A DNA stretch of 63,006 nt, filler included, from Licmophora abbreviata (Eukaryota), in NCBI GenBank assembly GCA_900291995.1. It is 8 parts of 8 records of this genome, joined end to end, with 100 filler letters (N's around TTAATTAATTAA, not from the genome) between each part and the next. Parts side by side here need not be neighbours in the genome. Positions count along the whole stretch, not along the records: positions 1 to 10,149 come from OLMU01000189.1; positions 10,250 to 13,105 come from OLMU01000190.1; 6 more parts are not named here. The stretch is one strand, 5' to 3'. Position 1 is the first letter of the stretch; each line of letters starts with the position of its first letter. Below, one piece after another: positions 1 to 11,216 of the stretch. The notes under the pieces were generated by a model. That model had not been told where the DNA came from. It saw nothing but the letters and a program-made list of their open reading frames with translations, and did no database searches. A program made the position numbers and the translations under genes.

Positions 1-489
1 CATACACACACACCTCCAGGAGAGAGAGCAGGACGATATTCTTTGGGAGTGGCAGCCGTCTCTTTTCAAATTGTTGTGCAGCGACATGAGTACCCGGGGA
101 CTGTTGGCCGGGGGATCGATGGGACAGGGTCGACGACCGAGAGGTTGACCTGCCTGAGCGCGACGCTAGTGACAAGCCTTGTCGATTCCCCTGTGGGGCT
201 TGTTTCTGTATGGGAAAGTTCCAAGCGAGCGGCGTCCTACACTCCATGCACTTGTCGAGGCGATGCTGAGAACGGATGCAAAACAAAGACACAGAGCAAC
301 ACGAAGGCTGAGAACGCGACTTTCGTCGGACACGGAATAAGCATGACGCACATACATAGAACATACCGCGCACACGACACAGACGTAGGTGTGTCCACAA
401 GGAAGTACCACTGGGTATCGTTCCGTCTCATCGAACAGTTCAACGCAGATCATGCAGTGAAACGAGAAGGAATTTTCCGCCGCCGCCAT
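1..489 (-). CDS. RING-finger (C3HC4-type) protein, putative E3 ligase; runs off the window start
   Basis: ATG at 489; exons 367-489 and 14-265 (GT-AG intron 266-366, next donor at 13). Splicing gives CMIC...CGHTYVCVVCA|HRLDKCMECRTPL...LPKNIVLLSLLE, a complete RING-HC ligand pattern. Confidence 0.8.
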
Positions 490-906
490 CTTTTCGCCAG
501 ATCCAAAATTCACGCTCCTCTATGTTGCAAACCCTCTTTGCACGTCTGGAGGTGCGTGATCGTTTAAGGTCAGCTCCGGTTCCTGTTTCTGACGATATTG
601 GTGAAGAGCCGCGCTGTGTCCGTGTTGAATGATGCCAAGGTTCTTGTAGTTCTCGCCGCGGCCTCTCGACGGCGCGGTATCTTCATAATTCATAACCCTA
701 GTAGGGAACAAGGAACATTTTCAATTTGCAGACGACGTAGAGCTAGATTAACATCTTCGCGTAAGAGAAACCCATTTCCAGGTAGTTCAACGACTCCGAC
801 GATGGGATCGGCAGATTTGATTCGTCAGTTGCAAAGGACACCTTACGTTACAAGTGCTATTGGTGATATAACCTCTAGGACGAATCGGTTCCTATAAGCA
901 GTATGG

Positions 907-3900
907 TCAACCGAATGATATCTTGGATTGCAAAGAGGATATCGCAATCGCAAAGGCCTGCACGGCCGTCAGAGGATGTTGAAAGTCCATTGTAAAGGAG
1001 TGTCGTCCCTGGATTCTTCCGAACTGCAACATAACATGCTCTTGATCCGTGCGATCGCACAGTTGGAAATTCTTTACAGACGCCACATTCACGCGCCCGC
1101 CAAAGTTCAGGACGAACGCTCCCAGCTCCACGTTCCACCAAGGAGGACGATTCTGTAGAGCTAACAGCCCAAAATCGTCAGGCGGAATGTACTTGTCGGT
1201 CTCGCTGCTCGGTTCTTCGTCGGCATCGATGTCCGAGCTAACAGTGCTGTCCGGGTTCTCTGGACGCTGTTGCAGCTGCTTGAAGCGAGTCAGCATTCTG
1301 TTTGCAGAAGCACTGTCGCCGTCGTCGCACGATGCCAAGTATCTTTTCCAGTCCAGTCCCGCAACGCCGTCGGTCGACACCCTGGGGATGCACACGTCCA
1401 TAATCCGGGGTCGATTTCCAAGCAGATTTGCGGTGTAGGTGATAGCACCTTCTTCCTCCTCGCAAAAGACCGTCCGGTACTGCTGGCCTTCGGCCCGGGC
1501 GTCCCCTTCTATGGCGTGAGCAATGGCGCGACGACTCGTTCTGGATGACCTTCCGTACGAAATCACTGGCCACGATCCAGACCTCTTAAGAGATCGCTTT
1601 TCGATGGATGCCGGACGAGGTATGTCTTCGTCGGTCGGGTCAGGATGCTCGTCAGAAAATTCATTTCGCCGCCGGTTCTTTGGTGCCCTCCTACTAAATC
1701 GATGTCGACGTCTGTGAATTGACGACGTTGAAGGGTTGTCGCTGCAGACTCCGCTGTCGTAGTCGAGTTCGTTGTCGCTTTCAACGGAGCCCCCGCTGGC
1801 TGAACGGACCGTGGAACTCTTCACAGGCATCTTGCGAAGCATCGGTGAAAAGATCTGGAACTCGGTACCGATGAAGTTGCTCTGCAAACGTCCCAGCATC
1901 CCCGGTGCAGGCGATTCGGCAGAAGGAGGCGGAGTTGTGCTGTACGCCCCGTTCGGATTGTTGTCAGATACGAACTGAGGTGGGTTCACGGCCTTGTAAT
2001 GGGAGTCTACGTCGTCTTGTTGAGGTGAATACATATAGTAGTTGTTGACGCCTTTTCTTGATGAGCCGGGCGCGGGAATCATTCCAGCTGCATCCATATG
2101 CTTCTTGCCACGATTCTTGGCCGACATGAGGACAGTGTCTCTTCGCGGAACTTCGTGCTCTCCGTCGGTCGACGCATCGTCGTAAGAAGAAGGGTTACGG
2201 CGATCTCGAATAAATAATCTGTACTCGTATGTCGGGAAGAGACGACCCTTCACATTCACACCCTTCTTAGAGCTGGTCCGAATCCGTTCGATTTCACATT
2301 GGACAATCCCAACCGCTTTTGGACACGGTTGCGTCAAGAAATTCTGCAGCTTTGACAGCCGCGGCACAGCTGTATATCGATCGAAATAGTGTATACCCGC
2401 CGTCATAGGAAAGAACTCGTCCCAGAAGTCAAGCAGGCGTTCTTCAAAGCCAAGGCTATCGAGATTTACCAGCATTGCGTCCAGCTGACGTTGGTAGACG
2501 GCAAATCGCATTCGTAAATAGGTCTTGAGCTCCTCGGTCGGTCCGTGGGAAGCACATGTGTAAACCTGCAGATCCACATTCGTCAGGAGCGATGGTTCTG
2601 GTCTGGGCAACGGAGGTGGACTCTCTAACAGCTCGTCCTGCTGGCCCGGTGGCAATGGGGGAGCCGGTGGAGAGAAGGGTCGTGTACTCTCTAGTGCTCG
2701 GTTCGGCGTCTCAAACTGGGATTCATTTGTACAATCGGTCGCCGTCTCGCTGTCACCAGCTACGGCAGCGTGAGGTGATGAAGCACTCTCTCCCGCGGCT
2801 TCCTGGCTTGTCATTGACGCTTGTGCCGAAGTCACTGCGGAGTTCACAAAAGCTTCTGGAAGTGGGCTCGCTCGAGCAGCCTCATGCTCGTCCCCGCTCG
2901 AATCCGAGTCGGAAGGTGGTGGCGCCCCACCTGGAGGAAACAACCACATTTCTTCTGTCACTGGCTCGTCAGGAGAGCCGGTGCCACCGACAGAGCGCGA
3001 TTGAATCGCCATGTTGCTCAACGCAGCCGCAGCGGTCGAAGGGAAATGCGGATGGAAAAAGTCTGCTGACAAGTTTACCTGCGGGGTCAACATTGCTCCG
3101 TTCTCATCGTCCACGCTCGGATGTCCCATGTTGTGCTGATCGACCAAATGTTTATGCGCCTTGATCGAGAGTTTGGGCATTTTTGACGAGCCTTCTGAAA
3201 ATGATGACGGAGCCGATAGCAAACACGCATTCCCGGGCGGCAACAGCTCTCGCATCTCGTGAGCTCCCTCAGCATCTTGCTGTGGTCCCGGTCGAAACCC
3301 AGGCAACGGCATGGCTCCTCCCGCTACAACAGCCCCTGCATCATGGGCAGGTAGTACCGGCGGCGGCGGCGGGGCAAAGTTGATCCTCGATGACATGGAT
3401 AAACGCTGCACGATGCCCGCTGGCGAGTCGGCGTCGCGACCAAACCAAAAGACTGACTTTTCCTCCAGGTACGTCAGGGCAGGGTTCAAGGTGCGAGTAT
3501 CAAAACGTTCCGAATAGAAACGATCCAACGATCCGGTATTGCTTGCTGTCGCTGTCAATTCTGTTGTTTCCTCATTTTGCTGTCCCACGTTGTCTTGAAG
3601 GGAGGCGTGATTCTGAATTTCTCTAGCCTCAACGCCCATGCGCCAAGTGAGCGTGTGGTACGAATGTCCCAAGCACTGCGGATAGATCGGGACACCCGCC
3701 TTAATGTACAATGCCGTCAATTCACGTGCATCGGAGTGTTCTCCAAGTTTCTGAAATAGCGGAAACGAAAGTGAGAGGAAGGATGTTCTAAAGTAACTTC
3801 AACGAACATCGACGAGTCACACAAGGAAACAATCAAGTCCGGTATGCAGCGCACAAAGAACAAAACTACGTACCCATGCTGTAATGACTTCTGTGGCACA

Positions 3901-4341
3901 ACGAAACGCATGCATGCGAACTCGACGAAATACCTCTCGACAAGTCCGGTTCGAAGAGCGGCAGACCTGTCCATACTGAGCCCAATCCGACGGGCTGAGG
4001 AAGGAGGCCACGCCATGCAGCGCGTCAGTGGGAAGCAAAAGGGGAATAGGCGAGACGTAGTCCTCTGTCTGAGTCAACGTCGGCTTCTCTTGTACTGATT
4101 CCGGTGACCTGATCTCATCAGCCGCAGAAGCATCCACAAGTGTTTCGCCGGATACAGTCGGCTTCAGGGCCGCTGAAATACCCAGGTCAGCACTGGTGGG
4201 TACGTGTACCGGCATCCTCCTGCGACTGTCAGTATTCGTGTCCTCGCTCTTCGTAGAAAGTGTACTGAGCCCACGCGAAGAGTTCAGATCATCTAGCTCG
4301 GTCGCAGTTTCGTGCGCAAGGCTCGTTGCTGGTGAAGCCAT
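907..4341 (-). CDS. Tubby-domain protein with N-terminal F-box-like motif (~1103 aa, 2 exons)
   Basis: Exons 3874-4341 and 907-3750 (intron 3751-3873, GTACGT...TTTCAG) join in frame. The C-terminus has tubby signatures (LQNRPPWWN..GAFVLNFGGRVNVASVKNFQL, LQFGR, FTMDFQHPLTAVQAFAIAISSL). Exon 1 has the F-box-like LLLPTDALHGVASFLSPSDWAQYGQVCR. Confidence 0.85.
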
Positions 4342-4734
4342 TTCAACTCTAGCGTATCCCTGTTATAAAATAACAATATTTTCTGCTGTCCAACAGTGTC
4401 GGGGTTTCGAGAATAGCACAAACGCGCTCCGACAAGGGACGACAGACTGCACTTCTTCAGTGAGGCGCGAAAAATGAAAAATGGACGATTCGTAGTATCA
4501 TACATACCGCGGTGCAAAGCGAGGCGCGCACCAAATTTTCCCGCCAGAATCCTGGACATTCTTACTTATGGAATTCACGCCAGCAAGCTCCGTTGACATT
4601 TGGGTGTTCGGACAAGGACGAACTCAACCGTCGCCGAAAGCCGAAACGCAAAAAAAAAGTCGTCGCGGTGTCTCGTCACACTCCGTCACAACAAAAGTTG
4701 ATTGGTGGGGCTGACGAGACATCGAGAGCAATCA

Positions 4735-6018
4735 ATGGCGTCTCTAAGCCGTTCTGCTGAACGTCAGCATGATGAGATGACTCCCCAAAAGCACGAGGTC
4801 AGCCTTATACTCCCTCCAGACGGTCTGACAAAAGAGACAGAGGTTGCAAGAGACGACGGATCGGTTGGTTCCTACTCGACGCTGTTTTCCAACGGGTCTT
4901 GTGCAAGTAGCGACGAGTCTTCTTCTTCTTCCTCCGGCCAAGATACAGCGGATGAGATGATGCAATTGCATGCCAAATTTGATGAGCGAGACTACCTACT
5001 GCGACAAATATGCAGGAACAAGTCGCCAGAATACGCCCGTATGCTAAGAGAGACTGAGCACGTTGTTCAGGCCGAGGCGTTCCGATTACTTGCACTCAAG
5101 CAAAAGAAAAGGGCGCGAGAGGATGAAATGTCGGATGGTTCCAAACAAAACGCATCCACCGCAAGTGTTAACAAAGACAAGGATCCCCAAAGCCAGAGAC
5201 GCAAACGCAATTCCGTAGAAGCCGACGGAAACTCTCCAATCAAGAAGTTCAGCTTGCTCCAGATGATCCATCGAAACCTTGCTTTGGAATTCAATCACGG
5301 CGTTAAGGGATACCTCACAATTACTCTCTTTTGTGCCGCTCATATGTCGCTATATGAACTTGTGTCGACGGCCGTGTCGGAAATCACCAAGAATGTCAAG
5401 AGTCAAGCTCTTGTGGATATCTGCACGCTGCTTCTCGGGTTGTTCTTGTCCAGAATATCAGGATACGTTTGGTACTACGTCAACAAGGACTCCCACCGTT
5501 GTGTTAAGTTTGACTTTCACAATCGACTTCGCCTCGGTGACTGGGATGCCCGTATTTTGCGGTGGTTCCGGCGACGGAATGCTCTTCAGGCTTCCGTGGG
5601 TATTATTGGTTTGTACCTTTGCTTCATTCCTGTTGTCAATGTTCAAAGTAGAATGTTGTCAATGGTGGATATGAGGCAACAACTCCTTGCAGACTTGCCT
5701 AGCGCCGACTCTGGCAATGAGCCAACTTGGATGGCACGGGCTCTGTCCTACGGCATGAAGCGAGCGACGCCAGTAATGGAGCCAACTTGCTCTAGCGACG
5801 ACGCATGCACCGCGGGCGAAGAGCTAGCTGAGTTGGCCCTCCAGGATGAAGCCTACGTATATGCCAAGCTATCCGTGTCGTCGTTCTACCAGATCATGGG
5901 TTCTTCGAGTGTCGCAGCAGTCAGCGGCGTCCACAGTTTGGTCTATTACGGGATACTGGTCACTATCTATATCCGGCTGCTGACTATCCTGGACTTTAGC
6001 TTTGCCAGTAACGTGTAG
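4735..6018 (+). CDS. Hypothetical multi-pass membrane protein (~427 aa)
   Basis: Long single ORF with ATG at 4735. Ser-rich, charged N-terminal half, then several hydrophobic segments (YLTITLFCAAH, ICTLLLGLFL, VGIIGLYLCFIPVV, LVYYGILVTIYI). No family recognised. Confidence 0.7.
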   Translation: MASLSRSAERQHDEMTPQKHEVSLILPPDGLTKETEVARDDGSVGSYSTLFSNGSCASSDESSSSSSGQDTADEMMQLHAKFDERDYLLRQICRNKSPEYARMLRETEHVVQAEAFRLLALKQKKRAREDEMSDGSKQNASTASVNKDKDPQSQRRKRNSVEADGNSPIKKFSLLQMIHRNLALEFNHGVKGYLTITLFCAAHMSLYELVSTAVSEITKNVKSQALVDICTLLLGLFLSRISGYVWYYVNKDSHRCVKFDFHNRLRLGDWDARILRWFRRRNALQASVGIIGLYLCFIPVVNVQSRMLSMVDMRQQLLADLPSADSGNEPTWMARALSYGMKRATPVMEPTCSSDDACTAGEELAELALQDEAYVYAKLSVSSFYQIMGSSSVAAVSGVHSLVYYGILVTIYIRLLTILDFSFASNV

Positions 6019-6123
6019 AGTTGCACCTTCGATCTCGATGCGGTTTATTCTAACTGCAGAGTGCAGAGCAGTAGACAATTGGTACTGCGACGCATAATGA
6101 AATACAAACAGGTTACTTGATCT

Positions 6124-7419
6124 TTACAGCTCGTCACCGGTCGTCAGAAGAGCCTCTTCTTCCCCCAAAATCGATTCCTCGAACATCGATCCGTGATGCG
6201 TAAGAGCCAACCCCATAAAGACACCACAGAGGATGACGTACATGTCGGAGCGCACATGGTTAAAGGTTTCGTACAGAGCGACGGCGGTGGGGAATGAGCT
6301 ATTCACAAAGCCGAGAACGGTGTTCTTGATCATCGCCAAAACATCCTTGGACTTGCCACTGCCCTCGGAGGGAGCAGGAATGTGAGCACCAAGAAAGAGT
6401 TTGGATCCCTGACGAAGAGCTAGACTGACAAGGCACAGGATAGGAGGCGTGGCCACCAGGCGTTTGGGAATGTGTAGGAGCGCCGATAGAATGCTGATGG
6501 GCAAATAGTAAAAGAGACGGAGAACGAGTCGATGAACGCAAACGGCACCGCGAGCAACGATGTGAAGAAAGTCGTCTCCGCTGGTCACCTCGTCAAGATC
6601 GACACCGAACAAAGGGTCAAGGATGGGAATATAGTCGCTCTTGGACGTGTCCGTGGAGGCGAACTCGTCGTCGTGAGCCGTGTCGGACCATTCTCGTTGT
6701 TCAGTCTGTTCAGAGAAGAGCAATAGAGGCGTGTCCGAGTTGGAAAAGGCGGCATTGCGATTCAAGATGCCAGGTCCGTGCTGCCGGGGAGCAAGGTCAC
6801 GATGGACCGCGACATCGATTTCCACCCCTTGGTTCCATGCCACGTCGAGTCCTGCGACGAACAAGAGAATCGTCGTCAGGAGGTGCAGTACAATGGGCAG
6901 GCGATTGACCGGTGGGCTTGCCATGGCGATTGGCATCTTGGATGCAACGGCCGAGCTTGACTTTCCAGAAGTCTCTTCCTTCTGCTGCTGCTTCTTTTTG
7001 ATCATTTGCCTTCTCATTTTAGCGACGCCCTTGTATTTCTTCTCTGATCCGTCGATGTCTGAATCCTTCTTGTCAACAGATGCAGGTTCCTCCTTGGCCG
7101 TATCATTCTTGCCCGTAAGGGTGGGCTCGTCTGTTGTCGTTTCGAGCTCGGGCTGGGACACAGTGCTTGCTGTGTCCGCCTTTTCTTTTTGCTCCCTTGC
7201 TTCCTTCGCAGCGGCAGCTGCCTTGAACCGACGACGCTTCAATGCCTGCATCTTGTGGGCGCGGGCTGTAACCTCGTCTTGTTTGTCGTCCTCGTCATCC
7301 TTGACACCCGAGATGATTCCCATTCGTTCGTTCGACTTTTCCAGGATTCGCTGTCTACGGGCTTCGGCTTCGGTCCGAGCCTTCTCAGCGGTTGCCTCTG
7401 TGGGAGCTTCCGTGTTCAT
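6124..7419 (-). CDS. Putative ER membrane protein, GET2/CAML-like tail-anchored protein insertion receptor (~431 aa)
   Basis: N-terminal basic helix AEARRQRILEKSNERMGIISG, a charged low-complexity linker, C-terminal hydrophobic segments (the last preceded by Asp: SDMYVILCGVFMGLAL) and terminal -GDEL. The ORF is clear; the family call is inference. Confidence 0.65.
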   Translation of the reverse strand: MNTEAPTEATAEKARTEAEARRQRILEKSNERMGIISGVKDDEDDKQDEVTARAHKMQALKRRRFKAAAAAKEAREQKEKADTASTVSQPELETTTDEPTLTGKNDTAKEEPASVDKKDSDIDGSEKKYKGVAKMRRQMIKKKQQQKEETSGKSSSAVASKMPIAMASPPVNRLPIVLHLLTTILLFVAGLDVAWNQGVEIDVAVHRDLAPRQHGPGILNRNAAFSNSDTPLLLFSEQTEQREWSDTAHDDEFASTDTSKSDYIPILDPLFGVDLDEVTSGDDFLHIVARGAVCVHRLVLRLFYYLPISILSALLHIPKRLVATPPILCLVSLALRQGSKLFLGAHIPAPSEGSGKSKDVLAMIKNTVLGFVNSSFPTAVALYETFNHVRSDMYVILCGVFMGLALTHHGSMFEESILGEEEALLTTGDEL

Positions 7420-7547
7420 GGTGAGCGTGCTTGCGTTGCCGTTGTGCCTTTTGCCTTCGCATGGTCGACAGCGGCCGTCGCTTTCATGACACTGGCGTCG
7501 GGTCATACCGACGCCGGCAAGACAAAAGGTACTATAATATGATACTC

Positions 7548-7574
7548 GCGCGAAAGGACGCGCGGCGCGCCAAA
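7548..7574. promoter_or_regulatory. Two E2F/DP-consensus sites in the shared GET2-like/MCM4 promoter
   Basis: GCGCGAAA (7548-7555) and GCGCCAAA (7567-7574) both match the reverse complement of TTTSSCGC, 50-80 nt upstream of the MCM4 ATG. MCM genes are classic E2F targets. Confidence 0.5.
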
Positions 7575-7626
7575 AAATGACGCTTCGAACTCACAATCTC
7601 AAAATCCTAAATTTGGAGCGTCGACC

Positions 7627-10600
7627 ATGGACAACAACGGCAATCCCGACATCCAGGACGACGGAAGTGGCGGTGTTGAGATGCCCCCTCCTCCTTCCCC
7701 AGATTCCACGTTGGCTTCTTCAATGTCAACGCCTTCTCGACCGGATCGTGTGAACAACGGATCTCCAGGAGGAGCAGGATCGGCTGGAGCCGATGATTTG
7801 GAGCAGCGCACTCCAAGACGTCGAATTCTTGCCGGCACTCCAGAACGAAGGTCTCCTTCCGTTCCTCCTACTCCGTCAGAGGAATCGGTAGTTCCTGCGA
7901 CGCCTGTCGGTGGAGCCATGCCACCCAACGACAATGGCGCTCCTACTACACCATTGACGCCCCTGTCGGACTTGCCAGATATTGATGACGACGAACATGG
8001 CGAGGGCGCACCCCATGGAGAGAACCAGGAGCCAGTCCAAGAACCTGAAGACGAACCCGTCTTTCCTCCCAACCAGGAAACATCCATTCGTGGAACCGAC
8101 GTGCACGTCCCAACGGCAGGTGCCGCCTTTACTGACTTCATCCGAAATTTTGTCAGCTTGGCCGACAGTGAACGTACCAATCGTCGTTTGCGTCGTCAGT
8201 CACGCCAAGATGACGACGACGATGATGATGAGAGCTTATCCAGTGACGACGAATCAGAGTCTGAATCAAGCGATCCGCTCTACTTATCTCGTCTGCAGTC
8301 TCTCCTACAGAACGGAACCATCGTCAATGGTGACGATCAAGACACTACGAGTCTGGACATTGACACGATGCATATCTACTATCACAGTGCCGATTGCCAG
8401 CGGTTTTATCACCAGCTCGTCGCGTACCCGATGGAACTGGTTCCACTCATGGATCTCATTGTCAAGAGGGAACTCGAACGCCTTGCTGGAAACGATGGGG
8501 ACTACATTCCACGCGTTCAAGTGCGTCCCTACAACCTTCGTCAGCTTTCCAATCTCCGTTGTCTCGACCCCGTCAAGATAGATTCTCTCTTGTCCATTCG
8601 TGGTATGATTGTCCGTGTCAGTCCCATCATTCCTGATCTCAAAGTTGCACACTTTGGCTGTTCAATTTGTGGACACGACGTGCAAGTTACCATTGACCAA
8701 GGACGCATCCAAGAACCACACAACTGTCCACAGTGCAATTGCCGCGAAAGTTATTCGCTCACCCACAATAGATCCATCTTTGCCGACAAGCAAATGGTGC
8801 GAGTGCAGGAAACTCCCGACGAGGTTCCGGCAGGACAGACGCCGGCCTCAGTTGTGACGTTCTGCTTTGACGACCTGGTCGATTCTGTCAAGCCAGGCGA
8901 TCGTGTAGAGGTGACGGGCGTGCTGCGAGCACAACCACGCAAGGTGCATCCCAAGATTTCCAAGGTCAAGAGTGTTTACAAGACGTACCTTGATGTCATT
9001 CACTTTCGACGGGTCAGTGGAATGGACAAGGCGAACAAGAGTAAGGAGGATGAGGGAGATGGGGTGGCGGCAGTGGGCGCCAGCAACGCGAGTCGCACGG
9101 GCATGAAAGTTCGGTTCACAGATGCGCGTATTCAAGAATTACAGGCACTATCTCGGGCACCAGATATCTACCAACAGCTCACCGCGTCCCTCGCACCATC
9201 GATTTGGGAACTGGACAATGTCAAAAAGGGAGTGCTGTGCATGTTGTTTGGTGGAAACCACAAGCGCGTCAAAAAAGGATCGGCCGAGCGCAAGCGCAAG
9301 AGTAACAGGCCGAAGCCGGGATCGGACGATGACTCGTGGGACGAAGAGCTCATCGAAGAAGAATCAGCCAAGGAAGTCGAGGACGACGATGATGCGGACA
9401 CCAAGCTTAACAAACGTGGCGACATTAACATCTTGGTGAGTGATTGTCCATGCGGTTGGGTAACGACATGATGAGATTAGGCCAATGTTCAACTCAAGAA
9501 TTGCTTTTGCTCGCTTTGTTAAGCTCTGTGGAGACCCCGGTACCAGCAAGAGTCAATTGCTGAGCTATGTCAATAAGATAAGCTCTCGCGGCGTCTACAC
9601 TTCTGGCAAGGGTTCATCTGCGGTTGGTCTCACCGCGTCGGTCGTACGTGATCCTGAGACGCGAGAGCTCGTGTTGGAAAGTGGTGCTCTTGTCTTGAGT
9701 GACCTGGGCGTTGCGTGTGTCGATGAGTTTGACAAGATGTCTGACTCCACCCGGTCCGTTTTGCACGAAGCCATGGAACAGCAGACAGTTTCGATCGCCA
9801 AAGCTGGAATCATTGCAACACTCAATGCGCGTACGTCCATTTTGGCATCGGCCAACCCTGTCGAATCTCGCTACAACCCGTCTTTGAGTGTCGTCGAAAA
9901 CATTCAACTCCCGCCAACGCTGTTGAGTCGATTCGATCTCATCTACTTGATTCTTGACTCTCCTAATGTCGATCACGATCGTCGACTGGCACAACACATG
10001 GTGGGCTTGTACTACGAAACGCCAAATGTCGTTCAACCCCCCATGGACACAGAGCTTCTTCGCGACTACATCGACTACGCCCGTGAGAATATCCACCCAG
10101 AGCTGAGCGACGAAGCAGCTAAGGAACTCATCGCGAGCTATCTCGACATNNNNNNNNNNNNNNNNNNNNNNNNNNNNNNNNNNNNNNNNNNNNTTAATTA
10201 ATTAANNNNNNNNNNNNNNNNNNNNNNNNNNNNNNNNNNNNNNNNNNNNGCGTAAGATGGGAAACGCTCCAGGTAGCGGTACGCGAACAATTTCTGCGAC
10301 GCCGCGACAGTTGGAGTCGCTCATTCGGCTGAGCGAGGGTCTTGCCAAGATGCGCTACAGCCACTTGGTTACTCGTGCCGACACCCGGGAAGCTTTGCGT
10401 CTCATGCGAGTCGCGACGCAGGCAGCTGCAACGGACCCTAGGACTGGTCGCATTGATATGGATATGATAACTACTGGAAGGAGTACAGCGGATCGCGAGA
10501 TGGAAGAGAATCTGAACATGAGCTTGAAGGAGCTGTTTGCAGAGGTACGGACGTGCGTTGTTTCGAGCTGATCATGGTGCGACGCTGTCTCACCAAAATC

Positions 10601-10797
10601 CTGTCTCACGTTGCTTTCAGCGCCATGGCAACCGCATGGCTGTGCGTGATGTTGTGCGCCAGCTTGGGGAGATTACAAATACGACGATTTCTCACGACGA
10701 AGTTGTCGAAGCTTTGCGTCGTATGGAGGCCGACGGGGTTGTTCAATTCAACGAGCGAGCACAAACAGTATTTGTAAGGGCAGGAATTGTCGCTTAA
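7627..10797 (+). CDS. MCM4: DNA replication licensing factor MCM4
   Basis: Zn finger CSICG...CPQC, Walker [10 protein letters not shown], Walker B CVDEFDKM, Arg finger SRFD, and [10 protein letters not shown]. Introns 9436-9523 and 10545-10620; the CDS is interrupted by the spacer at 10150-10249. Confidence 0.95.
10150..10249. other. Artificial scaffold spacer (N44-TTAATTAATTAA-N44)
   Basis: 100-nt N-padded linker with stops in all six frames; falls inside MCM4. Confidence 0.97.
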
Positions 10798-11216
10798 CCA
10801 AACGAAAACGTAATGAAGAATAACGGGATGTAAGATTCGTTCACAGATCATGAGTCCAATTTGGTATTGTGATAGTTCTCTACGCATGGCGGTTACTGCG
10901 ATGACTTTGATACTAAGTCGACAGATAGTCTAGGTATACCGGTACCGGTACTCCGTGTTGAATGTGGTTGCTCTAGTAGACTATTATACCTGGTATCATC
11001 GTCCGATGAGCGATTGAGTGAGCCTAGGTTAGGTCGAATCGATTCGAGTGAGTCGACATACGACGGCGTTGAGTTGATGATGGGTTATGAGTGGAGTGAC
11101 TCTTATCACGTCCATCCAAAATTTCAAATTGTAGTCCGATCATCACCAAAAAGGTCGCGGATCTGTTCCACACGCTCACTCATCCCCACTCTGTTCTTTC
11201 AAATCCTGACAGGAAG

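Noticed and set aside
6680..7489. 269-aa antisense ORF, and many similar shadow ORFs opposite real genes
   Set aside because: They mirror the codon bias of the sense CDS and have no independent protein features.
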